Numbered from the stretch's first letter, positions 9,073-18,789 are shown. The stretch: DNA of 64,000 bases from an uncultured delta proteobacterium (GCA_963755125.1 CAVWIP010000014.1:65681-129680), one strand, 5' to 3'. Translations and numbers: made by a program. The notes: a model not told the origin generated them from the sequence alone.

Positions 9073-10398
9073 ATGACCGCGCTGCTGATTCCTGCGCCAA
9101 GCTACACCTCCGGATATCGTGCCCTTGCCAGGACCGCACTCGAGACGGCTCTGTCGACTGTGCCGGCCTACAGCAACTGGCGCCGCCATGATCCCGGCCC
9201 GTCCGCCGACATCTTCGAGCGGTACCAGGCGATGCCCGTGCTCAGCAAGGCTGATCTACGCGAACAGCAACCTGCGGGATTCGTCCCGGCAGGGCGTGAT
9301 CTCGCCTCGGCTCTCGCCAGCGGCGAAGTCGAACTGGTGGAGACTAGCGGGTCAACCTCCGACGCTGTCACCAATGTCTGGTGTCAGGACTGGTGGGACG
9401 CCTCCGAGGCCTCCTCGTGGAAGTTGCATGCAGCCACGGCGTCGGCGCGATTGGGCGACCACCGTGAGGCAATCCTTGCGAGCCCCCGGTGCGTCGGGTT
9501 CGCAAGCGAGGTCGGATACTTGAGCATGGAGCAACGCACGCTCTGGCACTATCTCTTCCTGACCGAAAAGGCCAATCCAGCCGAATGGAGCATCCCATTT
9601 TGCGACCGGATGATCGATGAGCTGGGCCGGTTCGAGCCAGCGGTGCTCGAAGCCAACCCTTCGTTCCTGAGCGTGCTCTGCCGCCACGCGATCAAGCACA
9701 ACCGTCAGGTACTTCAGCCCGCAGTCGTGATCTTGACCTATGAGAACCCGTCTCTCATTCATTTGCGCCATATTCGCAGGGTCTTTCGCTGCCCGGTGAT
9801 CAGTTCCTACGGCGCGACCGAGAGCGGGTATGTGTTCATGCAGTGCAAGGCCGGCCGACTCCATCAGAACGTCGAGCACTGTCACGTCGACTTTCAACCG
9901 CTCGCTCCCCGCCACGGTGGGCCCATGGTCGGACGGATCCTGGCCACCACGTTTCACAATCCCTGGCGGGCGCTGATTCGTTTTGACATGGGGGACTTGG
10001 TGCGGCTGGCGGCCGAGCCGTGTCCGTGCGGCCGTCGCGAGGGACTGACGCTCGATGGGATCGAGGGCAGAATGGCCAATGCAACGCTTTCTCCTGCGGG
10101 CAGGCTGGTGACCCAGAGCCAGGCCGATGCGGCGATCGCGCAAGTGGACGGCCTTGATCAGTACGAGCTGGTGCAACCCGACGCCACCACGGTTTCGGTG
10201 CGCTATGTGAGCGATACCCGAGAGCCGGCAGCGATCGAGCCCGAATTGTGCGCGTCGCTGCAACAATGCTACGGCTCTTCCATGAATATCATTCCCGATC
10301 ATGTTCAGGCACTTTCGCCTGTTCTGGGCGTCAAGTATCGGCTGGCCAGAGCCGACTTCCCCATCGATATCCATGATTTTCTTGCGGGGAGCCCATGA
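9073..10398 (+). CDS. Adenylate-forming enzyme of the PaaK / coenzyme F390 synthetase / CapK-like family
   Basis: Degenerate P-loop ETSGSTSDA, then SSYGATESGYVF, ILATTFHNPWRALIRFDMGDLVRL and CPCGR..LTLDGIEGR. Order and spacing match PaaK-like ligases of about 440 aa. I chose the ATG at 9073, which has an upstream AGAAAGGAA Shine-Dalgarno; the ORF is open from 8749. Confidence 0.7.
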   Translation: MTALLIPAPSYTSGYRALARTALETALSTVPAYSNWRRHDPGPSADIFERYQAMPVLSKADLREQQPAGFVPAGRDLASALASGEVELVETSGSTSDAVTNVWCQDWWDASEASSWKLHAATASARLGDHREAILASPRCVGFASEVGYLSMEQRTLWHYLFLTEKANPAEWSIPFCDRMIDELGRFEPAVLEANPSFLSVLCRHAIKHNRQVLQPAVVILTYENPSLIHLRHIRRVFRCPVISSYGATESGYVFMQCKAGRLHQNVEHCHVDFQPLAPRHGGPMVGRILATTFHNPWRALIRFDMGDLVRLAAEPCPCGRREGLTLDGIEGRMANATLSPAGRLVTQSQADAAIAQVDGLDQYELVQPDATTVSVRYVSDTREPAAIEPELCASLQQCYGSSMNIIPDHVQALSPVLGVKYRLARADFPIDIHDFLAGSP

Positions 10399-11075
10399 GC
10401 GGACGGAAACCGATTGTTTTGATTGCCGGCGATCCTGGCAGCAGGCGCACCGGACCCGATCCGTTTCTGCGAACGGTGTTTGACAATTGTGGAGTCTTTC
10501 CTCCTTCAATTGCGTACATCGGCGCCGCCAGCAACGACGATCGGGGTTTCTTTGCCTGGGTGAGCCGCATTTTCACCAAGTCTGGATCCGGAAAAGTGAC
10601 GCTGGCCGCGACGGTTCGGCGATTCGAGCGGCACTCATTCGAGAAGACTTGCGAGACGGCGGACGCGGTATTCATCAGTGGCGGTGACGTCGAAGAGGGA
10701 ATGAATGTCGTCGCCAGGCGAAGAATCGCTGCGTTTCTGAGCGACCTGTATCGCGGTGGAAAGTTCCTGTTCGGCCTTTCCGCCGGCAGCATCATGCTGG
10801 CCCGCGCCTGGGTGCGCTGGAAAGATGAGGACGACTCCGTCGGCAGCCTCTTCCCCTGCCTGGGAATTGCCGACATCTTGTGCGACACGCACGGGGAGGA
10901 AGAGGACTGGGCCGAGCTGGTCGCGTTGCTGAAGCTATCGCCGGACGCGAGCGTCGGCTACGGCATCCGGGCGGGGTCAGCAATTTTGGTCGATCCCGAC
11001 GGCACCGTCGCGCCGATGGGGAAGATTGATAGGTTCGTCAAGCAGGGGGATGTCGTGCGCAGAGCCAAGCCCTGA
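10395..11075 (+). CDS. Peptidase S51 (dipeptidase E / cyanophycinase-like, type 1 glutamine amidotransferase-like fold) family protein
   Basis: ATGA overlap with the ligase stop. ADAVFISGGDVEEGMNVV and the nucleophile-elbow-like GLSAGSIMLA match the S51 layout. Confidence 0.65.
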   Translation: MSGRKPIVLIAGDPGSRRTGPDPFLRTVFDNCGVFPPSIAYIGAASNDDRGFFAWVSRIFTKSGSGKVTLAATVRRFERHSFEKTCETADAVFISGGDVEEGMNVVARRRIAAFLSDLYRGGKFLFGLSAGSIMLARAWVRWKDEDDSVGSLFPCLGIADILCDTHGEEEDWAELVALLKLSPDASVGYGIRAGSAILVDPDGTVAPMGKIDRFVKQGDVVRRAKP

Positions 11076-11118
11076 TGATTCCGGCGGTCGAAGAAGAGCA
11101 GGGGGCACAGGGGCTGAC

Positions 11119-11310
11119 CTACCCACCCCCCGGTATGCATGACCCAGGTTCTTTGCTCGTCTGGGGATACACGAACAACCCCGCGAAGGTTTCGTTGCCC
11201 ATTTTGTACTCGACGGTCTTGCTCTTGACCACGACCGTTCCCGCCGATGCCAGGGATGTTGTCGCGAACAGGAACCCAGCTGTGAGCGTTGCCGCAATGA
11301 TGCTCATCAT
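11119..11310 (-). CDS. 63-aa secreted mini-ORF, possibly the N-terminal remnant of a dienelactone-hydrolase-like gene
   Basis: A strong SD (GGAAGGAGAG) lies just upstream of ATGATG. A signal peptide (MMSIIAATLTAGFLFATTSLASA) is followed by VEYKMGNETFAGLFVYP, resembling the DLH start V.Y..G...L.GYL..P. A stop comes immediately after, and the space downstream is occupied by the convergent S51 gene. Confidence 0.35.
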   Translation of the reverse strand: MMSIIAATLTAGFLFATTSLASAGTVVVKSKTVEYKMGNETFAGLFVYPQTSKEPGSCIPGGG

Positions 11311-11439
11311 CTCTCCTTCCTCGCGTGTCGTGGTAGATGCCAGAGGGGGGCTAGGTGACAAGATCGCACATGCCCGGTTGAGCGGATGGGTGATATTCTC
11401 GGAAGCCGTGAGGATTACGCTGGAAGAGTCGGCGGGGAT

Positions 11440-12483
11440 ATGATCATGCCCGAAGCAGAACCCACACCGCCAAGTCCAAAATCTCCCGCGTCGACGCGGT
11501 CCGAGGTGGCGGCCTGGATACTCGTGGGGCTCGGCCTGCTGGCCGTACTGTGGTTGCACCTCTTGCCCGCGCTTCTGGCCGGCCTGTTGGTGTACGAGCT
11601 GGTTCACCTCACCGCGCCGCTGTGGCAGCGGCATCTTTCCAACGAAAGGGCACGGGTGGTAGCGGTGTCGGCCCTGGCCGTGCTGGTGGTCGGGCTCGTG
11701 ACGGCCGCGGTGACTTGGCTGGTGGTGTATCTGCGCGGTGAGGGGCACCTGACCCGGCTACTGCAGAAGATGGCGCAGATCATTAACCAGGCCCGCGCCA
11801 CTCTGCCCGCGTCGGTGACGGAGAACCTGCCCGACAACGCAGACGAACTGAGGGAAACCGCGGTGCACTGGCTGGAGTCGCACGCTCGCAGCCTGCAGAC
11901 GGCGGGTGAAGACTTCGGCCGAGGGCTAGCGCACGTCCTCGTTGGCCTGGTGGTGGGCGGGATAGTTTCCCTCTCGGACGTGCGCCCGCACACCTTCGAC
12001 CGCCCACTGGCCCGCGCCCTGGCTGAACGGATTGCCCGCCTGGCCAATGCCTTCCGTCGCATTGTGTTCGCGCAAGTTCGCATCTCGGCGGTGAACACCA
12101 CGCTGACCGCGCTCTTCCTGCTGGTCGGCCTGCGCCTCTTCGGCGCGCACCTGCCACTCGTCAAGACCCTGATCGCCATCACATTCTTGGTCGGCCTCCT
12201 GCCGGTGGTGGGCAATCTGATCTCGAACACCATCATCGTGATCGTCGGGCTCAATCACTCCCTCGGGGTCGCGCTGGCGTGCCTGGGTTTTCTCATCGTC
12301 ATCCACAAGCTCGAGTACTTCCTCAATGCACGCATCGTGGGCAGTCAGATCAGGGCCCGCGCATGGGAACTGCTCATCGCCATGCTGATCATGGAGTCCG
12401 CCTTCGGTCTGCCCGGCATTGTGGCTGCGCCCATCTACTACGCCTACCTGAAGGACGAACTCGCTGCGCGGCAGTTGGTTTGA
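11440..12483 (+). CDS. AI-2E family (UPF0118/PerM-like) transporter
   Basis: Multi-TM protein of typical size and C-terminal pattern: ITFLVGLLPVVGNLISNTIIVIVGL, then LIVIHKLEYFLNARIVG and MLIMESAFGLPGIVAAPIYY. Confidence 0.85.
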   Translation: MIMPEAEPTPPSPKSPASTRSEVAAWILVGLGLLAVLWLHLLPALLAGLLVYELVHLTAPLWQRHLSNERARVVAVSALAVLVVGLVTAAVTWLVVYLRGEGHLTRLLQKMAQIINQARATLPASVTENLPDNADELRETAVHWLESHARSLQTAGEDFGRGLAHVLVGLVVGGIVSLSDVRPHTFDRPLARALAERIARLANAFRRIVFAQVRISAVNTTLTALFLLVGLRLFGAHLPLVKTLIAITFLVGLLPVVGNLISNTIIVIVGLNHSLGVALACLGFLIVIHKLEYFLNARIVGSQIRARAWELLIAMLIMESAFGLPGIVAAPIYYAYLKDELAARQLV

Positions 12484-12847
12484 CAGGAAGCATCGCCGCC
12501 GCAGGCGACGCTGGGCGTGCGAGCCGCCACGCACGAAGGTCATCCCGGTAGCGAACTGGACGGGACGATGCGTATCCGCGCCGCTGCAACCGCCGGCATA
12601 CCCATCCCCGGTGTACGGACGACCGTGGACGCGCGGCTCAAAGGGACTCAGTTTCCGTAGCTAACTCGCCGTGCGACTCACCTTTCCACACCAGATGGCT
12701 TTTTCTGCACGCCACAACCTGGCCCCAACCCGACTGCGCGTTTTCCCCTTATCTCGTGTATGATCAGCGCGTGTGCGAGGCAGGGCTTCGTGCCACGCGA
12801 GGCGGCTTTAGCCTGAATGTTGTCCAGAGATACAACGAGGAGGGGTC

Positions 12848-14687
12848 ATGACCATCGCTCGTCTTCGAATCAACTGGCATCGGTTGTTCTTCCTGTCCGC
12901 CGCCGTCGTGCTCGTGGCATGCTCAAGCTCGTCTACCACGAATGATGGTGCGCAGACCGGGGGCGGAAGCGGGGACACGGCTTCTACCAACTCTGGTGGA
13001 AGCACCGGTCGTACCAGCGCCAGCGGCGCGAGTACCGCGGGCTCTTCGGCCAGCGCGGGCGGCACGAGTGGAGCAGGCGGTGATTCGAGCAGCGCCGGTT
13101 CCACAGCCACTGGTGGCTCGATTGCTGCAGGCGGCTCGAAGGGAACGGGCGGCGCCACTCATTCTGGCGGCGCGGGTCCGGGTGGCGCAGGCTCGGGCAG
13201 AAGTGCGGGCTTCGGTGCAGGTGGCAGCAGCGGGCTGGGCGGCAGTGGCGGACGTGATGCCGGCGTGCCGGACGCTCCCGGTGTGCGGCCCGATGCCCCC
13301 ATCGCTGGTGGCGGTGGCGCGAGCGGTGGCTTTGGTGGCAGTCGTCAAAGCGCTGGTGGCACCAGCGGCGGCGCTGGGGGAACCCACAGCACGGCACCGA
13401 ACGCCGGGTCGGCGCTCACCTTCACCACGACCAGTTGCCCAGCGGCCACTCAGGGTCAGCCCTACAGTTGCACGCTCGCGGTTTCCGGCGGGACGGGCCC
13501 GTACACCTTCTCTGTCCCCATCTCTTCCTCCTATGCGCCACTCCCCGAGGGTATGGCGTTGGACGGTTCGAACGGGTGTCATCTCAAGCTCCCTCGTCGG
13601 CGGCCAGGGGACGTATGGCGTCCAGTTTCAAGTCGCCGACTCGGCCAACCATGTGGCTACCACCACCATTACCTTCTCTATCGCTGGAAACAACGCTTTC
13701 CTGGCTTCGATCTTCCCGTCGAACTCCATCTTCCACCATCGCGTGGACGCTGCCTCGACAGGCTTGCCGGTCGATACTTCGCCGGCTGCTCCCATATATA
13801 GCGGTTATCAGTCTTCGCACATCAAGGTGTTTTTCGGCAACGCCGACTACCTCAATATGCCGAACGGCATCCCCGCGATCCAGGTTCCATATAACCAGCC
13901 AGATGTGCCGGTGGCGACCACGCAGTACCAGTCGTACTACACCTCTGGGCCGATCCCTCCCTACGCCCCCGTGGAAGGCACGTCGGTTTCCGAGGCTGCT
14001 GGAGGGGACGGGCATGTCTTGGTCTATGTCGAAGGCGGTGGCGGGAACCCTCCCGCGCTGTATGAGATGTGGCAAGGTGTCTTCCTGGGCGCGAAAGGTT
14101 GGACGGACTCCTCGAATGCCATGTGGAGTGACGTAAGCTCCAACGCTCTGACTGCCCAGGGCAACGGCACCACGGACGAAGCGGGCTTGCCGGTAGCCCC
14201 ATTGCTCGTCAATGTCGATGAGGTCATCGGAACGGGGACTCCCAGTGCACCCAGCGGCGTCGTGCAACACCCCATCCGGTTCACGACGAATCATACCCTC
14301 AACTACTGGGTGTGGCCTGCGACGGAGACCGCCGGACAGGGGTCGTGTAGCGGCATCTCGACTGGCAACCTCCTCTCGCAGTCCACACCGCCAGCCTCAT
14401 GCACATTCTCTGGAGTGCCTGGAGAGATTTATCGGCTGAATGCCTCAGTCGCCACTCCGTCGTGCGCGTCCACGAGCCCTCAGGCGAATATCATCATCAC
14501 CGGCTTCCGGAACTACGGAATCATCCTGGCCGATAATGGCGACACGGGAGGATTGATCGGGACCCCGGACAGCCGCTGGAACGACGACGACCTCTCCTGT
14601 CTGACGAACATCACCTTGGCCGATTTCGAGCCGGTCAATGTCAGCTCTTTGATGGTCAGCGCGGACAGCGGGGAAACGGCGCACTGA
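12848..14687 (+). pseudogene. Secreted lipoprotein (Gly/Ser-rich linker, He_PIG-type Ig domain, large C-terminal domain) interrupted by a +1 frameshift at 13574-13577
   Basis: A GAGGAGGGG SD precedes ATG 12848, and the lipobox is LVACSS. Frame A reads ...YSCTLAVSGGTGPYTFSV...LPEGMALDGSNG, then nonsense. Frame B continues VISSSLVGGQGTYGVQFQVADSANH... to 14687. Removing one G from the GGG run restores AAC GGT GTC ATC (NGVI). Confidence 0.65.
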
Positions 14688-14848
14688 AGCATGGACAACT
14701 TGTCCGAAAAATCCCGCGTTGCGAACTGGCCGAGCGCGCACATCTGCGCGGCAGCACGCCACTCCCATTGAGAAACTCTTGCACGGCGCCTCGTGCCTGC
14801 GCTGCCGCCCGAGCACCAATCTCCGTTCTTGCTGACTTGCGTGGAACG

Positions 14849-16144
14849 TTACGGGCAGTACGCCACTTGGCATTGGCCAGCGACGCACGTGAAGTGCGCA
14901 CAGCCGGCGCTGCCATCTGCGCATAGCTGACAGAGCGCGGGCAGGGCGCCGGTGCAGTCGGTCGCAGTCATGCAGCTGGGCGTGGTCGGAGAAGTGTCAG
15001 GCACGCACTCGCACAGGGTCGTGTCGAAGCGATCGCCCTGGATGCACAAGACATTGTCTACGCATGTGGGCTGCGCGTCGACCGGCGCCACTGCTCCCGC
15101 ATCCTGATCTGGCACACATTTGCAGAGGGTCAGGTCAGGGTGATAGCCCGGAATACATGCGCCAGTCTGCACGCATTGACAGCGTCCCGACACCTGGGGG
15201 TCGCATCCCTGTCCACAAGTCAGCGACGATGCGCAGCCGAGGGCGGGATTGTGGCACGCGAACCCTGCTCCGCCGTCTGGCCCTTGGCAGCCATACAGTT
15301 CGAATCCAATCGGACAACAGGCAAGCCCCGCGTCCGGATTCGCCACGCCTGCATCGGAATTCGGCGCACAAATGGGACAACCGCAGGGCTCGGGATTCGG
15401 TAGGTAGCCACCTGCGCAAGTCACCATTGGGCACATCACATTACAGACCAGCGGCGCATCCGGCTTTCCAGCGTCGCTGGTTCCACCGTCCACCGACATG
15501 CAGCCGGTGCAGCCGCAGGCCGGAGAGTTCAGCTGGTACCCAGCGGGACAGGTCTTTAGGGGTGGGACGCAAGGGGGCACGGGCCCCGGACAGATCGGAC
15601 CGTCTGGGCTGCCAGCGTCCTTCGTCGCGCCAGCGTCAGGAGTTGAGGCGCAGATGGGACAGCCACAAGGCTCTGGATTCGGTAGGTACCCGCCCACGCA
15701 GGCTAACATGGGGCACGGGACCAGTGGACAGACCGGCGTGGTGTCGGTCCCGCCAGCATCTTTAGTCACGCCCGCATCGGGGTTCGGTCCACAGACGGGA
15801 CAGCCGCAGGGATCGGGATTCGGCTGGAACCCACCCACGCAAGTGAGCGCCGGGCACGCTACCGGAAGGCACGGGCCCTTTCCGCCCGGGCCGCCAGTTC
15901 CACTCATTCCGCCAGCCCCGACTCCATCCGAGCCGATGGTGCCGCCCGAACTGCCCGCCACGATACCACCGACGCCGGCTGCGCCAGCCGAGCCACCGAC
16001 CACGCCGCCGGTCTGCCCTCCCTTGGCCGCCCCCCCAGCACCACCCGGTTCCTCACCAGGATTCAGGCCGGCCTGGTTGGTACAGGCTACGCCCAGTGGG
16101 CCACCTACGAGAAGGACTGCAACGCCCGTTGACATCTTGAACAT
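14849..16144 (-). CDS. Secreted cysteine-rich repeat protein
   Basis: Signal peptide MFKMSTGVAVLLVGGPLGVAC with a GGAG SD. There are three near-identical modules, CP.L.C.GG(F/Y).PNP(D/E)PCGCP(V/I)C..(N/T)(P/S)DAG, plus a divergent fourth. The C-terminal half is also Cys-dense and ends AGQCQVAYCP. Confidence 0.7.
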   Translation of the reverse strand: MFKMSTGVAVLLVGGPLGVACTNQAGLNPGEEPGGAGGAAKGGQTGGVVGGSAGAAGVGGIVAGSSGGTIGSDGVGAGGMSGTGGPGGKGPCLPVACPALTCVGGFQPNPDPCGCPVCGPNPDAGVTKDAGGTDTTPVCPLVPCPMLACVGGYLPNPEPCGCPICASTPDAGATKDAGSPDGPICPGPVPPCVPPLKTCPAGYQLNSPACGCTGCMSVDGGTSDAGKPDAPLVCNVMCPMVTCAGGYLPNPEPCGCPICAPNSDAGVANPDAGLACCPIGFELYGCQGPDGGAGFACHNPALGCASSLTCGQGCDPQVSGRCQCVQTGACIPGYHPDLTLCKCVPDQDAGAVAPVDAQPTCVDNVLCIQGDRFDTTLCECVPDTSPTTPSCMTATDCTGALPALCQLCADGSAGCAHFTCVAGQCQVAYCP

Positions 16145-16583
16145 CGGATTCTCCGTGTGCTCAACAGCAGCAAGCTCCATGTCCAGTCTAGCACCGCCGC
16201 TGTAGAGTCAATTCTTCCGCGACGACGCGGAGGCAGATGTGGTGCAGGCTCCCTACAGAGAGGCGACGAAAGCGTTATCTGCAATTGCCCTTGCATTCCT
16301 CTCCAGCCATGCCGTCGTCAGGAGGGCTGTTACAACATTGCGGTAACTGCGCCACTCCCCATTGAACGGGAATCGCTCGGATGAATGCATCTGGCCATCA
16401 TCTGGCATCGGCAGCCGGGAGCATCGGTTCCATGGGCTGCTGCGCACTGAATTACGGGAAGTATTTCGGTGAAATCCTGCGTTGACCCAGTTGCATCCCA
16501 GGCGGGTGCTACCGGGAATGCCAATCTGGGCACCGTCCAAGCGTCTGGACACCTCAGATGGTAGTCTTCCGTGCGTCATCGTC

Positions 16584-17291
16584 ATGGCAAGCAGAAGCCC
16601 CGTCTCGGGAAGAGTCTATGCCCATCTTGCTCTGACCGCAGGACTGTTCTCTCTCTTGGTTTCCTCTCCGGCTTTTGCTCAAGACGACCAAGCAGAGCCA
16701 GGCTTTCCACCATCGAGGTCTCCACCTCCTGGCTCATACCAAGAACCACTCCCCGTCTACACGTCTCCGCATGGCCAGGGAATACTGGTCATGCCCTATG
16801 TTGGATTTGTTGCCCCGGTTGGAAGTGCGACTGACTATTACGGGACAGGCCTGCGGATCGGCACTCTTCTGGGTTGGCACCTCAGCCGATACCTCTCAAT
16901 CAACGTTGAGGCTACGCTTGATATTCTGAATCCGAAAGGCATCGCATCGAGTTTTGAGAACTATACATTTGATTATTCGCTGAGTCCGCTGCTCCACCTA
17001 CCCGTCGGCAAGCTGGCTCTTATAGTGGGTCCCAAAATAGGGCTCTTCGATGAAAACCTAATCTACACGATCGACGGGAATAGCTACAACGAGAGCTTCA
17101 GTGGTATATTGTTCGGAGTCAACGTTGGTCTTCTAGTTGACGTCGGCAGGTTTGAGATTGGCGGGCTGTTTAGTTACAGCGGGCGCTACTACTCAAGCCC
17201 GTGTCACGTAATCGACGAGGGCGGGAACCGTTGCACCTATGTGTCAGGAGCTTTCCACACGGTTTCGCTCAGTGGTGTGGTCGTCTTCTGA
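16584..17291 (+). CDS. Putative outer-membrane beta-barrel protein
   Basis: Signal peptide (LALTAGLFSLLVSSPAFAQ), alternating hydrophobic/Gly/aromatic beta-strand pattern, and terminal ...VSLSGVVVF. The gene is visibly AT-richer than its surroundings. Confidence 0.5.
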   Translation: MASRSPVSGRVYAHLALTAGLFSLLVSSPAFAQDDQAEPGFPPSRSPPPGSYQEPLPVYTSPHGQGILVMPYVGFVAPVGSATDYYGTGLRIGTLLGWHLSRYLSINVEATLDILNPKGIASSFENYTFDYSLSPLLHLPVGKLALIVGPKIGLFDENLIYTIDGNSYNESFSGILFGVNVGLLVDVGRFEIGGLFSYSGRYYSSPCHVIDEGGNRCTYVSGAFHTVSLSGVVVF

Positions 17292-17381
17292 CCGTCGAAC
17301 ACATCGGAGGTGCGACATGTGTGTCGCTCCCCCCCCGCACACTCGGCGTGATCCGCGAAAGCCTCATACGCACGGGGAATC

Positions 17382-18488
17382 GTGAGCATTCTGGGCCGCG
17401 GCCCCATGCACCTTCTCGTGTCCCTTCTGGTCTGGGTCCTCCGCGCGGTCCTCACGTCGCGTCGTTCTCTCGCCCTCGAGAACCTAGCTCTTCGGCAACA
17501 GCTCGTGGCTTACACCCGAACCCAGAAGCGACCCCGGCTCAAGTCCGGGGAGAGGGCGTTCTGGGTCGCGCTCTCGAAAGTCTGGCGGGACTGGCGCTCG
17601 CCCCTGGTTCTGGTCAAGCCGGCCACCGTGATTGCGTGGCACCGGCGTGGTCATCAGCGCTTCTGGACCTGGAAGTGCGGGAAGCCAGGCCGTCCCCGCA
17701 TCGCCGCCGAGCACATCGCTTTCATCCGGCGCATCAGCACCGACCACCCCGAGGGGGGTGAGGACCGGATCGCCGAGGAGCTGGCCTTGAAGCTGGGCGT
17801 GACCCACTCAACCAGCACCGTTCGCAGGTACATGGTCAAGTCGCGCGAGCCGAGAGGCGGCCAGACCTGGAGAACCTTCATCCGAAACCATGCAAGCCAG
17901 GTTTTCGCCGTCGACTTCCTGACCCAATACACGGCGCTCTTCACCACGGTGTACATCTTCGTGGTGATGCACGTCGCGTCCAGGCGCATCGTGCTGATCA
18001 ACGCCACCACTAGCCCAGGGCTCGCCTGGGTGAAGCAGCAAATCCGGCAGGTGACAGAATGGGCCAAGTGCCCTCGGTTCCTACTGCATGACAACGATGG
18101 GGTCTACGGTCAGTACCACCAGCGCCGAGCTCGAGAGGGACAGGAACGGCGCTACCGGTGCCACCTGGACCTGTGGCTCGCAGAGGTCATGGGCATTGAG
18201 GGACTCCCCATCCCCTACGGCGCTCCCAATGCCTCGCCGCACATCGGGCGGTTCAACCGCACGCTGCGCGAGGAAGCGCTCAACCACTTCATCTTCCTCG
18301 ACGCGAAGCACGTCCTGCGCGTGTGCCGGGAGTACGTGGAGTTCTACAATCGTGCGCGGCCATCACAGGCGTTGCATGCGATACCGGAGCCGTACCCGGA
18401 GCTGATCACACCGCCACGAAGGAGCGGCGATCTGATCGCGCTGCCCGTGCTTGGCGGAGTACAGCACGACTACCGCCTGGCGGCGTGA
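17382..18488 (+). mobile_element. Transposase gene with integrase-core (rve, DDE) domain; element ends not defined
   Basis: N-terminal ...SRRSLALENLALRQQLVAY..KRPRL.. and LVKPATVIAWHRRGHQRFW, followed by an rve-like core (VFAVDFLT..., LLHDNDGVYG, ...FYNRARPHQAL-like FYNRARPSQALH). I could not find terminal inverted repeats. Confidence 0.75.
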
Positions 18489-18684
18489 ACGACCCAGCTG
18501 GGCAGTGCCTGATGGGCGCGCCTGCTGGGCGGACAAGTCCGCGCGACGTGCCGAAGCGTCTTGATCCGTTCCGGCCAGAGCGCAACCGGGGTCATCGGCA
18601 CCGCCCTGGCCGGCGAGGTCACCATTGCTCGTCTGCCCGTTTCGGGCGCGGCATCGGGTTCTCGCGGAGTACGCCGCTCTCCTA

Positions 18685-18789
18685 TTAAATCGGGGTTGAA
18701 TCCGTGGTGCTACCCCATTCCACCTACTGCCGACCGGCTGGTTAATAGTTAATAGCCGCCAGAGAGTGGGCGCGCCCTGTAGAGATTCA
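18685..18789 (+). repeat. Copy A of a 105-bp direct repeat (99/105 identical to 27650..27754)
   Basis: Aligned by eye as ttaaatcggggttga(A/C)tccgtggtgctaccccattccacctactgccgaccggctggttaat(A/G)gttaatagcc(G/A)ccagaga(G/C)tgggcgcgccc(T/G)gt(A/G)gagattca. It contains AT-rich TTAAT motifs in a GC-rich genome. Confidence 0.9.

Noticed and set aside
9352-10509. 385-aa minus-strand ORF.
   Set aside because: It is antisense to the PaaK-like ligase and crosses the ligase/S51 junction. No motifs are present.
12942-13577. First about 210 codons of listed ORF 12942-14687.
   Set aside because: This is Arg/Ala/Pro-rich nonsense in the wrong frame. The real N-terminal part, with SD, lipobox and Ig-domain start, is in the 12848 frame, joined by the frameshift at 13574-13577.
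17312-17336. Intrinsic terminator after the OMP gene.
   Set aside because: The 6-bp stem is short and is followed by a C8 run instead of a U tract. It is kept only as an observation in the findings.
18690-18720. tRNA or tmRNA fragment within the 105-bp repeat (GGGGTTGAATCC resembles a T-loop).
   Set aside because: No complementary T-stem or acceptor stem can be drawn on either strand, so I do not call it tRNA-derived.
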